IMG/VR virus record: IMGVR_UViG_3300017548_000196 | Coordinates: 1 to 41,027 of that record | Strand: one strand, 5' to 3' | Length of the DNA: 41,027 nt | Source of the DNA: a virus | Taxonomy: Duplodnaviria > Caudoviricetes | Shown: positions 17,394 to 27,545 of the stretch, in pieces | Position numbering within the stretch: the stretch's first letter is position 1 | How the letters are laid out: each line of letters opens with the position of its first letter | Notes under the pieces: model-generated | The model's input: only the letters and a program-made list of their open reading frames with translations | Told to the model about the DNA's origin: nothing | The model's database searches: none | Program-made: the position numbers and the translations under genes

Positions 17394-18347
17394 ATGGCAA
17401 CTCCAAAAAAAGTCACAGCAAAAAAGGCGACCAAAGCCACCACCAAAATAACCACCGATGAAACCAAACAAGAAGCAACTGCCCATATCGATGGCAACGA
17501 TACTGGAGCAACAGCAACCCTCGCAAAGACTAATAGCAAACCTACCGGCTCACCCGGTTCAATCGAAGAGCAAGCCATCACGGTCCTTATCCCATACCTC
17601 GCCAGTGCCGCCGCGGGCGACGAGCTGAAGTACGCATTGCGTGCCTGGGAGAAGAACTACGAAGGCCCAATCAAAGTCGTCGTAGTGGGCGATAAAGAAG
17701 ATTGGTTTTCCAAAGAAATCACGCACCTGCCTTTGGAAGTGCATACCATCCCCGAAGATTGCGGATGCCCCAACCCCAAACAAATCCGTAACCCGCAGGC
17801 CGACGTGGCTCACAAGCTGCTGTATGCCGTCACCAGCGGCGCGGTCGATGGCGAATTCATTCTCACCAATGATGATATCTTCCTGTTGGGCCCCACTACG
17901 CTGAGCGATCTCAAGCAACCCAAAATTTTGGGCAACTTGGCAGACATTACCAAAAAAGGACTGTATGCCGACAACGCCCGGCGTACCGCGGCGATGCTCA
18001 AATCGGCTGGAAAGGAAACGCTCAACTACGGCACGCACACCCCGATGGTGCTCGATTCGACCAATCTGGCAGACACCATCCGCGGGTACCAAGCCGACGA
18101 AAAAGGCATTCTGCTCACGTCCGCCTACTACAACCATCACCAGCCCGAGCCACGTGGCCTGATTAAGCTGAATGGTGGCTCCACCGGAACGATACTGTTG
18201 TCGGTGTATTCAGACACTCCGCCCACGGATATCGTGCTGAACGCCTTCAAACGGCGCAAATACCTCAATTGCAATTCCAAAGGATGGAAGGCCATCAGTT
18301 GGGTATTCAAATCCGAGTTCCCCGATAAGTCCCGATTCGAAAAATAG
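17394..18347 (+). CDS. Stealth-like (CR2) / GT-A-fold sugar(-phosphate) transferase-like protein; start revised to 17394
   Basis: DELKYALRAWEKN..KVVVVGD..W and EFILTNDDIFL resemble Stealth CR2 (ELRYSLRS...FLYFNDD); Lys/Thr-rich low-complexity N-terminus. Confidence 0.65.
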   Translation: MATPKKVTAKKATKATTKITTDETKQEATAHIDGNDTGATATLAKTNSKPTGSPGSIEEQAITVLIPYLASAAAGDELKYALRAWEKNYEGPIKVVVVGDKEDWFSKEITHLPLEVHTIPEDCGCPNPKQIRNPQADVAHKLLYAVTSGAVDGEFILTNDDIFLLGPTTLSDLKQPKILGNLADITKKGLYADNARRTAAMLKSAGKETLNYGTHTPMVLDSTNLADTIRGYQADEKGILLTSAYYNHHQPEPRGLIKLNGGSTGTILLSVYSDTPPTDIVLNAFKRRKYLNCNSKGWKAISWVFKSEFPDKSRFEK

Positions 18348-18360
18348 TTTGGTTTTGCCC

Positions 18361-18399
18361 GATGGTACTGGCCCCCGTGGTCGGTGCCATCAATTTTTT
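18361..18399 (+). terminator. Intrinsic terminator
   Basis: GATGGTACTGGCC / GGTCGGTGCCATC stem with G-U pairs followed by T-tract. Confidence 0.65.
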
Positions 18400-18406
18400 A
18401 TAAGCC

Positions 18407-18814
18407 ATGAAGAAAATAATCCTTTGCCGCACATACCATGTCAATGGCACCAACGGACTCCTATACGGTCCCGATGGTGAGCTGCTATGCTACACCATCG
18501 AATTACCCTGGCGAAACAACCGCGTCCGAGAATCCTGTATCCCCGAAGGCACATACCCGCTCACCAAGCGGTACAGCCAAAAATTCAACCACCACATCCA
18601 TCTGGAAGACGTGCCAGATCGTAGCCTCATACTCATCCACCCAGCCAACAATGCCGCCACCGAGCTGCTCGGTTGTATCGCACCCGTCACCACGCTCTCC
18701 GGCCCAGGGACCGGCAACAGCTCTCGCATCCAGTTCAACAAAATAAAAGATATGGTTTACAACTGGATTGACCGGGGCGAAGAAGTATACATCGAGATCA
18801 AAGAAAATAAATGA
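18407..18814 (+). CDS. DUF5675-family protein, putative endolysin
   Basis: TIELPW..N....SCIPEGTY, RSLILIHPAN...LLGCI motifs. Confidence 0.75.
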   Translation: MKKIILCRTYHVNGTNGLLYGPDGELLCYTIELPWRNNRVRESCIPEGTYPLTKRYSQKFNHHIHLEDVPDRSLILIHPANNAATELLGCIAPVTTLSGPGTGNSSRIQFNKIKDMVYNWIDRGEEVYIEIKENK

Positions 18815-19524
18815 CGTTTGTTGAAAAGGTAACCCACTGGCTGCAATCCGGTGCCGACTACGACGCCGGGCTGCAGCTCTATGTAAAGTCAGTAGGGAAG
18901 GGGCACCCGACCATCTACATCCTGCGAAAAAAATCAGAAGCCAATTACCAGCTGCTCGTAAAATCCCTATGCTACCGTGCCGGCATCCCTGAAACATACA
19001 AAAATCAAACAGCAAAGAGCAATCACCAAAAGCCAGAAAGCAAACAGCAAACCGCAAAGAGAAAACCGCTTAGGCAAGACTATACCTTCCTTTCCGAGCC
19101 CGGCACCCCCAACGAGCTCAAAGTACTCGTGTCGAACAAAATCACCGCCTACCACGAATACAAAGCCGCGCACGCCAAACTATTCGACAACCTTTCGCCC
19201 GACGAAGAATATGCCAACGTCCGCAACCTGGTTGAGAACTACATCGAAAACTACACCATCCACCAGGAATTATCCCATTATCAAAAAAACCGGACCATCC
19301 TCGGAAAACACCCGATTTTCGAAGAAATGAAGCGCCTGAAAAAGTACCGGCACACCAACAGCGTCGAACTATTCAAACAAAAGAAGCGCGTAGAACACAA
19401 TATCTGGCGCATTAGAAAACTAATCGATTCCGGCGACAAACCACACCTAAATTTCCAACGTCTCGCCAAAATCAAATCCTACGAATTGGAACTAGCCGAA
19501 ATAAAGAAACTTATCGGAGAATAG
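18811..19524 (+). CDS. Hypothetical phage protein
   Basis: 237-aa ORF, ATGA overlap, phage-like codon usage. Confidence 0.75.
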   Translation: MTFVEKVTHWLQSGADYDAGLQLYVKSVGKGHPTIYILRKKSEANYQLLVKSLCYRAGIPETYKNQTAKSNHQKPESKQQTAKRKPLRQDYTFLSEPGTPNELKVLVSNKITAYHEYKAAHAKLFDNLSPDEEYANVRNLVENYIENYTIHQELSHYQKNRTILGKHPIFEEMKRLKKYRHTNSVELFKQKKRVEHNIWRIRKLIDSGDKPHLNFQRLAKIKSYELELAEIKKLIGE

Positions 19525-19536
19525 TTATTTTTGTTT

Positions 19537-20097
19537 ATGAATGAATTTATAGAGAACAACTTAGAATTACTAATTGGGGTATCATTTACCGTAATTGGTT
19601 GGTTTCTAGGAATTGTAACCAGGCCGTTGGTAGACAAATTCTTTATTGACCGGCCACGAGTCCATATTAGTACCCGATTTAGAGCGGATCAGGCGGTCCA
19701 TGTGGCCCCGGGCACTGTCTTCATGACTTTACATGTAATGAATGAAATTCAAAACCATTCGATTCAAGACGTTTTCGGTTTTGAGATAACTCGCATCGAT
19801 TTCACACAAAGTGAAGACTGCAAAATTCATTATGAAAGAATGAAATCACCGGTTCATATCGACAGGTCTAAGCCTTTTAATTACAATTACAGTCTTAAAG
19901 TAAGGTTGTACAATGTGAGTGGCGACTATCAATATTTTGACTACAGCATTCCAGCGTTAAGAAAGCAACTCCCCTTATTTCAAACGATTTATTACTCTTA
20001 CAAAAATGCACACGGACGGGTGTTTTTGAAAAAGAGAAAGGTTACAATAAGCCCATCCGATGACATTGAAGAGGGATTCTGGGCACACGGATTCTAA
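19537..20097 (+). CDS. AT-rich moron, N-terminal TM protein
   Basis: Lower GC than flanks; TATTTTTG -7 box at 19526-19533; one N-terminal hydrophobic helix. Confidence 0.7.
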   Translation: MNEFIENNLELLIGVSFTVIGWFLGIVTRPLVDKFFIDRPRVHISTRFRADQAVHVAPGTVFMTLHVMNEIQNHSIQDVFGFEITRIDFTQSEDCKIHYERMKSPVHIDRSKPFNYNYSLKVRLYNVSGDYQYFDYSIPALRKQLPLFQTIYYSYKNAHGRVFLKKRKVTISPSDDIEEGFWAHGF

Positions 20098-20100
20098 CAC

Positions 20101-20135
20101 GTCCTTTCCCCACCACCCACCTACCCATACTTTAG
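20101..20135 (+). promoter_or_regulatory. Putative late promoter 2
   Basis: GTCCTTT-N20-TACTTTAG. Confidence 0.75.
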
Positions 20136-20165
20136 CCATTATCCGCCCAAACGCGGATTTTGGCA

Positions 20166-21104
20166 ATGTCAGACGTAACAATCCACCAAAACTTCGGCCT
20201 ATCCGAAGAAGAGCTCGAAAAGCTTGAAAAGCTGGCCGCGCTGGGGTACACCCAGCGCGAAATCGCCATGTTTTTCAAGCTGCCTGAAAAGCCGTTTGAA
20301 AAAATAGCATCCGACCCGACCACCCACATCAACTACCGCATCGAGCGCGGTAAATTTGCGGCACTCGCAAACGAGTCGCTCCGCATCCTGGATAAAGCCG
20401 AACGTGGCGACATTGACGCTTCAAAGCGCTTGCAGGACATCCGCCGAAACCGTGGCTTCAAAATCAGTAAAGACGACATCTTCGGCACACCGGACCGAAA
20501 AGCCATGCAGGCCTTGGAAGACTGGATACAGGGCGGAAGCAAGTCTGATCTGAAAACCGACGAAAAGATTTACCTCGAAGCGCTCACCCTTATCCATTCC
20601 ATGGACCGTAAATACGGACGTAAGCGTACCATCGATTTCTTTGTGAAAACCTACGGCCTCACCGGTCGGCGGGTGGCGGAAATGTACGACGAAAGCGTTA
20701 ACCTGTTTTATTCCGACCGCGCCATCGAGCGGAAAGCCCTGCGCATAAAAAAAGCGGAATTTCTGGAGGACCTGGCGCGCGAAGCGTTTGCCAACGCCGA
20801 AACCGCCAAAGACATCGAGGTGGCCGCGAATATTGAAATGAAAGCCGCAAAGCTGCGCGGACTCGACCAGCCAGACCCGGAAAAACTTGATCCAGGCAAT
20901 TACCGCAAGCAATTCCGACTATTCTCGCTAGACCCAACGGATATCGGACTGCCAGCGCCCGACCGTAACGCAGTGGCCAAACAAATTGAAGCCCTCGAAA
21001 TACCCGAAATGGACAAAGCGCGTATCCGCCGGGATGCCCGGCTCGATACCGTCAACATAGAACAATACCTCGATGAGCTGGAGACCGAAAGTAAAGAAAA
21101 ATAG
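20166..21104 (+). CDS. Putative terminase small subunit
   Basis: N-terminal HTH-like LAALGYTQREIAMFF; directly upstream of and overlapping terL. Confidence 0.6.
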   Translation: MSDVTIHQNFGLSEEELEKLEKLAALGYTQREIAMFFKLPEKPFEKIASDPTTHINYRIERGKFAALANESLRILDKAERGDIDASKRLQDIRRNRGFKISKDDIFGTPDRKAMQALEDWIQGGSKSDLKTDEKIYLEALTLIHSMDRKYGRKRTIDFFVKTYGLTGRRVAEMYDESVNLFYSDRAIERKALRIKKAEFLEDLAREAFANAETAKDIEVAANIEMKAAKLRGLDQPDPEKLDPGNYRKQFRLFSLDPTDIGLPAPDRNAVAKQIEALEIPEMDKARIRRDARLDTVNIEQYLDELETESKEK

Positions 21105-22824
21105 CCCCAACGTATCCGTGGTGTTTTCCAACTGGCTAGCACAGCTGGCCAATATGGTCATGCCCAAAACGCTGCTGCTCATCGCAGGGCGCGGCTCTTC
21201 CAAAACGACGGAATTCGTTGTTGAACGGCTTATCGAAATGGTCTACGACATGCCCGGCGCGCCGATATGCTGGGTGGCCGATACCTATTCCAACCTACAG
21301 CAAAACGTGCTGCCGATGGTCATGGAAGGGCTCGAACGCAAGGGGTACAAAGAAGGGGTTCATTACGTATTGGGCAAACAACCGCCCGAGTATACCGCCG
21401 CCGAAACCGAAGATCTTCCACCGGAAATCAAAGCGCACTTCTGGAAGCCGTACAACCGGCTGGCGTCTTACAAGCATACGCTGGTATTCTTCACCGGACT
21501 GAACATCACGTTCGGTTCACTGGACCGCCCGGCATCCCTCGCGGGAAGGTCGTACGTGCACGTATTCGGCGACGAAGTTAAATATTTCGCTGAGCATAAA
21601 ATAGCCAACCTGCTCAAAGCGGTCCGCGGTTATTTCGTCAAATATGGCAATAGCGTTTTCTACCGTGGCCAGACCTTCACAACCGATATGCCCAATACGG
21701 CAAACATCGGCGAATACGACTGGATCGTGCGCCAGGGCAAACGGATGAAGAAAGAAGCCATTATGCTCGTGGCCAAAACGGCATTCATACTCAACGACGC
21801 CTTGCAGGAATACGTGGTAGCATCTGAAAAGCCCAACAATACCGAAGAGGCTATCAAAAAGAAACGGACCTATGAGCGATGGTACGAACGGTGGGAGGTG
21901 GTGCGCAAGCGCAAAGAAGCCGAAACACTGTTCTACATCTCGTCTTCTTATGTGAACATGGATATCCTCACGCCGGATTGGTTCCGCGATGCCTACGAAA
22001 CCGATCTTGGCGATGCCAACACGGCAATCCTATCCATGAAGCCGTCACTCGAATCCGGCGACCGGTTCTATGCCAACATTGGTGAAAGGAACTTCTACAC
22101 CGACGGTAACGACGCGAAATGGGCGGAACGGTTCGGTATCCGCGATAAGGAAGATTGCCGTATCCTCAAACATCTTAATCTCGATAAAAGCATCGATATC
22201 GGCATGGACTTCGGCAACATGATGTCGATGATCATCGCCCAGCAAGGCACCAAGTATTACCGGTGCCTCAAATTCATCTATACCCTTTCGCCCGACTTTA
22301 TCCGCGAGCTGGCCGACGAATTCATCCGCTATATGAAACCGCACCGCGAAAAGACGGTCAACGTCTACTATGATCGTGCCGGCAACAACTTCGCCGAGGC
22401 CGGTCAGGATTATGCCAGTCAGCTCAAAGATGCTATCGAGAAAGACAAAGAAGGCAAACGGACCGGCTGGACGGTCATCCTCATGAGCAAGAACCAGGGC
22501 AACATCGGCCAGAACGAAGAGTACATCTTCATGCAGGAACTGCTCAGCGGCCACAACCACAAGCTGCCGAAAGTGCTTATCGACTTTTCCAACTGCAAGC
22601 AGCTGAAAGCATCCCTCGAAAACGCCCGCACCGAAAAGAACCGTAAAGGCCAGATCGTCAAAAACAAGAAGTCGGAAAAGCTGCCCATACACCGGCTACC
22701 GCTCGAATCTACCAACCCATCGGATTCATTCAAATACCTCATGATGCGCCGAGAATGGCGTAAGCTCATCCGGTCAAACGCAAACAGCTACGTAGGTGAT
22801 GTTTCAGTTAGGACGATCGGTTAA
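21073..22824 (+). CDS. terL: Terminase large subunit
   Basis: Walker A AGRGSSKT, Walker B VFGDE, nuclease GMDFG, YYDRAG and SDSFKY motifs. Confidence 0.85.
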   Translation: MSWRPKVKKNSPNVSVVFSNWLAQLANMVMPKTLLLIAGRGSSKTTEFVVERLIEMVYDMPGAPICWVADTYSNLQQNVLPMVMEGLERKGYKEGVHYVLGKQPPEYTAAETEDLPPEIKAHFWKPYNRLASYKHTLVFFTGLNITFGSLDRPASLAGRSYVHVFGDEVKYFAEHKIANLLKAVRGYFVKYGNSVFYRGQTFTTDMPNTANIGEYDWIVRQGKRMKKEAIMLVAKTAFILNDALQEYVVASEKPNNTEEAIKKKRTYERWYERWEVVRKRKEAETLFYISSSYVNMDILTPDWFRDAYETDLGDANTAILSMKPSLESGDRFYANIGERNFYTDGNDAKWAERFGIRDKEDCRILKHLNLDKSIDIGMDFGNMMSMIIAQQGTKYYRCLKFIYTLSPDFIRELADEFIRYMKPHREKTVNVYYDRAGNNFAEAGQDYASQLKDAIEKDKEGKRTGWTVILMSKNQGNIGQNEEYIFMQELLSGHNHKLPKVLIDFSNCKQLKASLENARTEKNRKGQIVKNKKSEKLPIHRLPLESTNPSDSFKYLMMRREWRKLIRSNANSYVGDVSVRTIG

Positions 22825-23135
22825 TTTTCTGTGTTTTCTAACATTTTGGAAAGCGCATCAATATACACCCGCGTATCTTTTTCAATGTGCGCATAGTCTG
22901 GGTACTCTAGGTTTTCAGGCGCGCATCCATGGTAGTCAACCATGAAGTCAAAGAGGTCAGGATTATCGTCCAAGTATTTGTTAGCTCTTTGGACCGCATA
23001 GTCTAAGTTCTTTTCTGCCGATTTCCGGATTTTAGCGTTTTTTCCCTCTCTAAAAAGGCGGGTTTGCCCAGATGTCTCTGATAAAATTTTTGATTTCAGA
23101 AAATCGATGTGTTTTTGGATTTCTTTCTTTTCCAT
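22821..23135 (-). CDS. AT-rich moron, hypothetical protein
   Basis: Antisense 104-aa ORF with TAAATTTG -7 box at 23167-23160. Confidence 0.65.
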   Translation of the reverse strand: MEKKEIQKHIDFLKSKILSETSGQTRLFREGKNAKIRKSAEKNLDYAVQRANKYLDDNPDLFDFMVDYHGCAPENLEYPDYAHIEKDTRVYIDALSKMLENTEN

Positions 23136-23186
23136 TTATGAATTTTTATTGATTCTAGGCAAATTTAATATTTCACCTCAAAACCT

Positions 23187-23221
23187 GTCCTTTCCACCGC
23201 TCGCACGTGCCAATACCTTCG
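23187..23221 (+). promoter_or_regulatory. Putative late promoter 3
   Basis: GTCCTTT-N20-TACCTTCG. Confidence 0.75.
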
Positions 23222-23225
23222 CTGT

Positions 23226-23498
23226 ATGGAACTATATGCCGCCATACGCGAAATGCGCCAACTTACCAAGCAAGGCAAAACATTCAGTTTTACCTTCATG
23301 AGCTACAACCGCACGCGCGGCAAATCCGAAGGCATCGTCGCGGTCAACAACGCACGCCTCCGAGCCCGCAGCCACGACCGATACAACCAACACGCCGAAC
23401 TACAGGAAGAATACCTCGATTTAGACACCAATGAGCCGCGCCGGTTCTGGCATCCGTGCCTCATGACCTTCAACGGCCAACGCGTACACATACCATGA
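23226..23498 (+). CDS. Hypothetical phage protein preceding portal
   Basis: 90 aa, ATGA overlap with portal. Confidence 0.7.
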   Translation: MELYAAIREMRQLTKQGKTFSFTFMSYNRTRGKSEGIVAVNNARLRARSHDRYNQHAELQEEYLDLDTNEPRRFWHPCLMTFNGQRVHIP

Positions 23499-24868
23499 GC
23501 GAAAACGTAAAGAAAATAGCCAGCAATGCCGCCGCCATCCATCTGGGTGGAAAGGTGTATACCGTCGCCCTGAATCGCAATAGGGATGACGCCTGGCATT
23601 CGACCAACCTGTTCGATTACAAGAACGACTGGGAGCGCGACCCAACCTACGTGATGGGCAAAAAAATCGTGCCTTACGGTCGCAATAACGATTTGCCCAC
23701 AGTCATCCGTAAACTGATGGATGAAAACAGCCTGGCACCGGGCATCATCGAACGGCAAATAGGACTGCTCTACGGCAACGGTCCGGCATTGTTCCGCTAC
23801 GCCATCAGCGAAAGTGGCCGCATCGAGCGCCGCTATGAGCGGCACCCGGAAGTAGAGGCGTGGCTCAAATCGTGGGATGTGCGCAAGTACATCGAAATGG
23901 CCATGGTGGAGTACAAACACACGAAAGGTATCTTCGTTCGCCATTACCGTAACCGCGGCGCCCGCATTGGCAGCAAGTCATACGTCGCCAAGTTGCAGGT
24001 TGTTTCAGCAACCGATGCCCGCCTGGGTTGGCCCGATACCGCGGACCAGCGGCTTGAAGACGTCGACGTGATCTATACCGGCGATTTTGAAAACAATTGC
24101 CTACGGACCGGAATCACGGCCTATCCCGTGTACAACAACAATAATCCCTTGCAGCACCGGGTGTCGATGAGTTACCATAACTCCTATACCTTCGGCCGCA
24201 ACTTTTACCCGGTGCCCGCATTCTTTGGCGCATTTGCATGGATTACGCGGTCAAGTGAGATACCGGAAATCCTCAATTACCTGACCGAAAACGGCATCAC
24301 CGCCGCATATCACATCCAAAGCCCGGCCGGCTATTGGGAAGACAAGAAAAACAAGCTTCGCGATAAATTCCCCGATAAGCCGGACGCGTACATCGATAGC
24401 AAACTCGAAGATCTCAAAGACCAACTATTCGAATCCATCAGTACCGCACTAGCCGGAAAAAAGAACGTCGGTAAATTCATTGAAACGCTGAGCTTCTACG
24501 ACGAGAACCAAAACCTTTGCGAATGGAAAATCGAGCCGATTAAGCAGGAAATCAAAGAATTTATCGAGGCCCAGATAAAAGTAGCTGAAAAGGCCGATAG
24601 CGCCACTACGTCCAGCATGGGTCTTCACCCGTCGCTGACCAACCTTATTGTAGGCGGCAAGCTGGCGAGCGGTTCCGAGCTGCTGTACGCGCTCAAAGCA
24701 CACATGCTATCGGACGTCAATATACCCGAAGAAATCATCTTTGAAGCCATCAATCAGACCATCGCCGTCAACTTCCCGGGCACGGATTTAAGGCTAGGGT
24801 TTTACCGCGACATATTGCAGGCGGAAGACAATGTGCCCGCCTCTGACCGAATCAAAAACAACGTGTAA
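23495..24868 (+). CDS. Portal protein (start revised to 23495)
   Basis: Size and position after terL; PYGRNNDLP, FYPVP, MGLHPSL, SGSE patterns. Confidence 0.7.
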   Translation: MSENVKKIASNAAAIHLGGKVYTVALNRNRDDAWHSTNLFDYKNDWERDPTYVMGKKIVPYGRNNDLPTVIRKLMDENSLAPGIIERQIGLLYGNGPALFRYAISESGRIERRYERHPEVEAWLKSWDVRKYIEMAMVEYKHTKGIFVRHYRNRGARIGSKSYVAKLQVVSATDARLGWPDTADQRLEDVDVIYTGDFENNCLRTGITAYPVYNNNNPLQHRVSMSYHNSYTFGRNFYPVPAFFGAFAWITRSSEIPEILNYLTENGITAAYHIQSPAGYWEDKKNKLRDKFPDKPDAYIDSKLEDLKDQLFESISTALAGKKNVGKFIETLSFYDENQNLCEWKIEPIKQEIKEFIEAQIKVAEKADSATTSSMGLHPSLTNLIVGGKLASGSELLYALKAHMLSDVNIPEEIIFEAINQTIAVNFPGTDLRLGFYRDILQAEDNVPASDRIKNNV

Positions 24869-24870
24869 CC

Positions 24871-25845
24871 ATGATCGTATCCTCATCCATCGAACTGCGA
24901 AACCTTACCGGTAGCTATTATGCCAACAATGATTTCACGAAGGCTAAAACCGACGTGGCGTTGGAAACCGAAGCCATCATCCGATTGGTAGGGAAACCGG
25001 TATACGAACGCGCCAAAGCCATCTATACACCGTCCGCTGACGGTGCGCAACCCGGCACCATCGACAGTGGCGCATCTGATACGGACAAAGCACTGCTCCA
25101 GCACCTGCAGCTGCCCATCGCCATGGGTGCCGCCATCCGATACATGCAGGCCAATCTGGTAAGCCACGACGACACCAGTCGCAAGGTGAAAATCGATAAA
25201 GATCGTGAGTCGATGCCTTGGCAGTGGATGCTGGATGCAGATGATCATGCACATATCCGGAAGAAACAACAGGTAACCGATCGACTTATCGCGTGGCTCG
25301 ATGCCGAGAATATTCTTGAATGGGCTAACAGCGACCAAAAGAAGGCAACAAAGCGGCTTTTCCTGCCCAGTACCGGCGCGTTTCAGGAACATTATCCAAT
25401 CGACCATTCAGGGTTGTTTTACCACACTGTCCGGCCGTTTATGGCCGATATCCAACGCCGTGATATCCGGAAGGCATTGGGCGACGACTACGGTGCCTTG
25501 TTGCAGGCGTTCATCGACCAAAACATCCAACCGGCACAGGAACCGTTGCTCGGACTCACCCAGCAGGCTCTGGCATTGCTCACCATGGCCAAGGCGCTCA
25601 AACGCCTATCCATACAGGTCATGCCGGAAGGCGTGATGCAACACTTCACGGCCGAACGGCACACCCAGAAGGCGTCGCAGATACCCACCACGGAAGACCT
25701 GCGCAAATATGCGCTGTACCTGGAACGCGATGCCGAAGATGCCATCGACGAAATCCGGAAATACCGCTATGAAAACCAGCCGGAATACAACCCCCAGGTG
25801 CTGATTCCCGCAAACGACCCGTGCCGCAAGTTTGCCCGGACCTAA
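24871..25845 (+). CDS. Putative head-tail adaptor (DUF6712-like)
   Basis: Follows portal; two similar helical halves. Confidence 0.55.
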   Translation: MIVSSSIELRNLTGSYYANNDFTKAKTDVALETEAIIRLVGKPVYERAKAIYTPSADGAQPGTIDSGASDTDKALLQHLQLPIAMGAAIRYMQANLVSHDDTSRKVKIDKDRESMPWQWMLDADDHAHIRKKQQVTDRLIAWLDAENILEWANSDQKKATKRLFLPSTGAFQEHYPIDHSGLFYHTVRPFMADIQRRDIRKALGDDYGALLQAFIDQNIQPAQEPLLGLTQQALALLTMAKALKRLSIQVMPEGVMQHFTAERHTQKASQIPTTEDLRKYALYLERDAEDAIDEIRKYRYENQPEYNPQVLIPANDPCRKFART

Positions 25846-25857
25846 CCATCCACACCC

Positions 25858-26787
25858 ATGCATACCATCGAGATACCCGACAACGATAAAGTCATCACCA
25901 TCCCTTCACACTGGGATGAATGCATGCCCGAGCAACTGGCCTACATCCTGCAACGGGCCTTCGAAGTCGTGTCCGGCACCATCGATGTCAACGCATTCCG
26001 GGTGCTGGTGTTTGCCAAACTCACCGGCTTCCAGCCGAACACCCGCTATTACTTCACCAAACGTATGGCACCGTCAAAACACGCGGAAGTCAACGCAATG
26101 ATTTACCAACTAGCCGAGCAACTATGCGGCTGGCCGTTTAGCGAGGTCTCGGCGAACGAAGATGACACACCACCAGCCATCGAGCTAAATATCGACACCG
26201 TGAAAAACCTGTTGCCTGTTATCCAGTGCCGGCGCACGAAGTTCGTCGGACCGGCAGACCTACTGGCCGATCTCACTTTTGCCGAGTTCCGCGCGGCTAT
26301 CCGCGAAATGGATATGCACATCGCGCACGCCAAAGACCCGGATAGTGTTTCGGAAGCCATGGACGCCCTGAATCGCTTCATGGCCGTATTGTATCGGCCC
26401 TGTAATGCAAGTGGCGTACGTACGCCGTTTGACGCGGACGAGTTGCCAAAATACGCCTTGCTCGCCAGCGCCATTCCGCTATGGCAAAAACAAACAACAC
26501 TCTTATGGTTCACCTACTGCATCAAGTACATTCAAACCGAAGACATCAACATCGATGGTCAAATCATCAACCTATCCGTGTTATTCCCAAAATCCAGCGG
26601 CGGTACCGGCACCGCAAAGAAAGGAATAGGGTGGGCCGGATTGCTGTATGACATCGCCAAAGAAGGTCCGTTCGGCAATGCCGAAAAAACCGATAAGGCC
26701 GGGCTGTTCGATATCCTACTGTACATGTACAAAAACCACCTCGACAATAAAGAGCTGGAACGCAAACTCAAGAAGAAAAAGAAATGA
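25858..26787 (+). CDS. Hypothetical morphogenesis protein
   Basis: 309 aa in structural operon. Confidence 0.65.
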   Translation: MHTIEIPDNDKVITIPSHWDECMPEQLAYILQRAFEVVSGTIDVNAFRVLVFAKLTGFQPNTRYYFTKRMAPSKHAEVNAMIYQLAEQLCGWPFSEVSANEDDTPPAIELNIDTVKNLLPVIQCRRTKFVGPADLLADLTFAEFRAAIREMDMHIAHAKDPDSVSEAMDALNRFMAVLYRPCNASGVRTPFDADELPKYALLASAIPLWQKQTTLLWFTYCIKYIQTEDINIDGQIINLSVLFPKSSGGTGTAKKGIGWAGLLYDIAKEGPFGNAEKTDKAGLFDILLYMYKNHLDNKELERKLKKKKK

Positions 26788-27221
26788 CCGTTACCGAAGT
26801 AAATACCGCATTCAAAGATATTGTCACGGTGCTGAAAGCCGACGGCCACAAGATAGGCGGACACGTGCTGATAGCGCACGACGGCCACGCCGTCAACCGG
26901 CTGCACGACCGACAAAACATATGGCTGGTGGTGGTGATGCCCAGCAAGTCATATTCAGGCAAACCAGACCAGTTTGTGCCCCACGATACATTGATGCTGT
27001 TCGTGCTCGAAAAAGACAATGCCGGGCAAACCGCAGAAAAAGAGCTCGACCAATACCAGCGCACCGAAGACGTGTTGCTCGCCATAATCGCGTACATTGC
27101 TGATCAGCAATCCGAAGGGTGTTCACCCTTCAATGAGTTCGACCCTTCATCCATCACCATTGATCCAGAATACCGCGAGTTCGGCGGCTGGAACGGCTGG
27201 TCTATGACATTGAGTTTCTAA
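26784..27221 (+). CDS. Putative tail completion/terminator-like protein
   Basis: 145 aa acidic protein ending GWNGWSMTLSF; position in neck/tail module. Confidence 0.5.
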   Translation: MTVTEVNTAFKDIVTVLKADGHKIGGHVLIAHDGHAVNRLHDRQNIWLVVVMPSKSYSGKPDQFVPHDTLMLFVLEKDNAGQTAEKELDQYQRTEDVLLAIIAYIADQQSEGCSPFNEFDPSSITIDPEYREFGGWNGWSMTLSF

Positions 27222-27236
27222 TGCTTATATTTGATT

Positions 27237-27545
27237 ATGAAATTACTTCGAAAAGCAAGTACACCGAATCCTAAGGTGACCATAGGCGACACGACCAAGC
27301 TTATACTGTCAATTGATGCATTGAAGCAAAAGGGAGCAATCAAAACCTCTCCTAACGGTGTGTTTTATACGTTTCCGGAACTCATTGAAGCCGGGGCGCG
27401 TCCTGACTTATTCGCAAAGAACCTATTCACCTATGCCCGGCATTGCAAGCTCATCAAGCAAGGGCAAACCTTGTACATCCGCGACATTGAAGAGAATGAC
27501 CTATTGTGCCAATACGACGAAAAAAACGGCTATGTTCCAGCATGA
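27237..27545 (+). CDS. Moron gene 1, hypothetical protein
   Basis: ATG 3 nt after TATATTTG -7 box (27226-27233). Confidence 0.6.
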   Translation: MKLLRKASTPNPKVTIGDTTKLILSIDALKQKGAIKTSPNGVFYTFPELIEAGARPDLFAKNLFTYARHCKLIKQGQTLYIRDIEENDLLCQYDEKNGYVPA

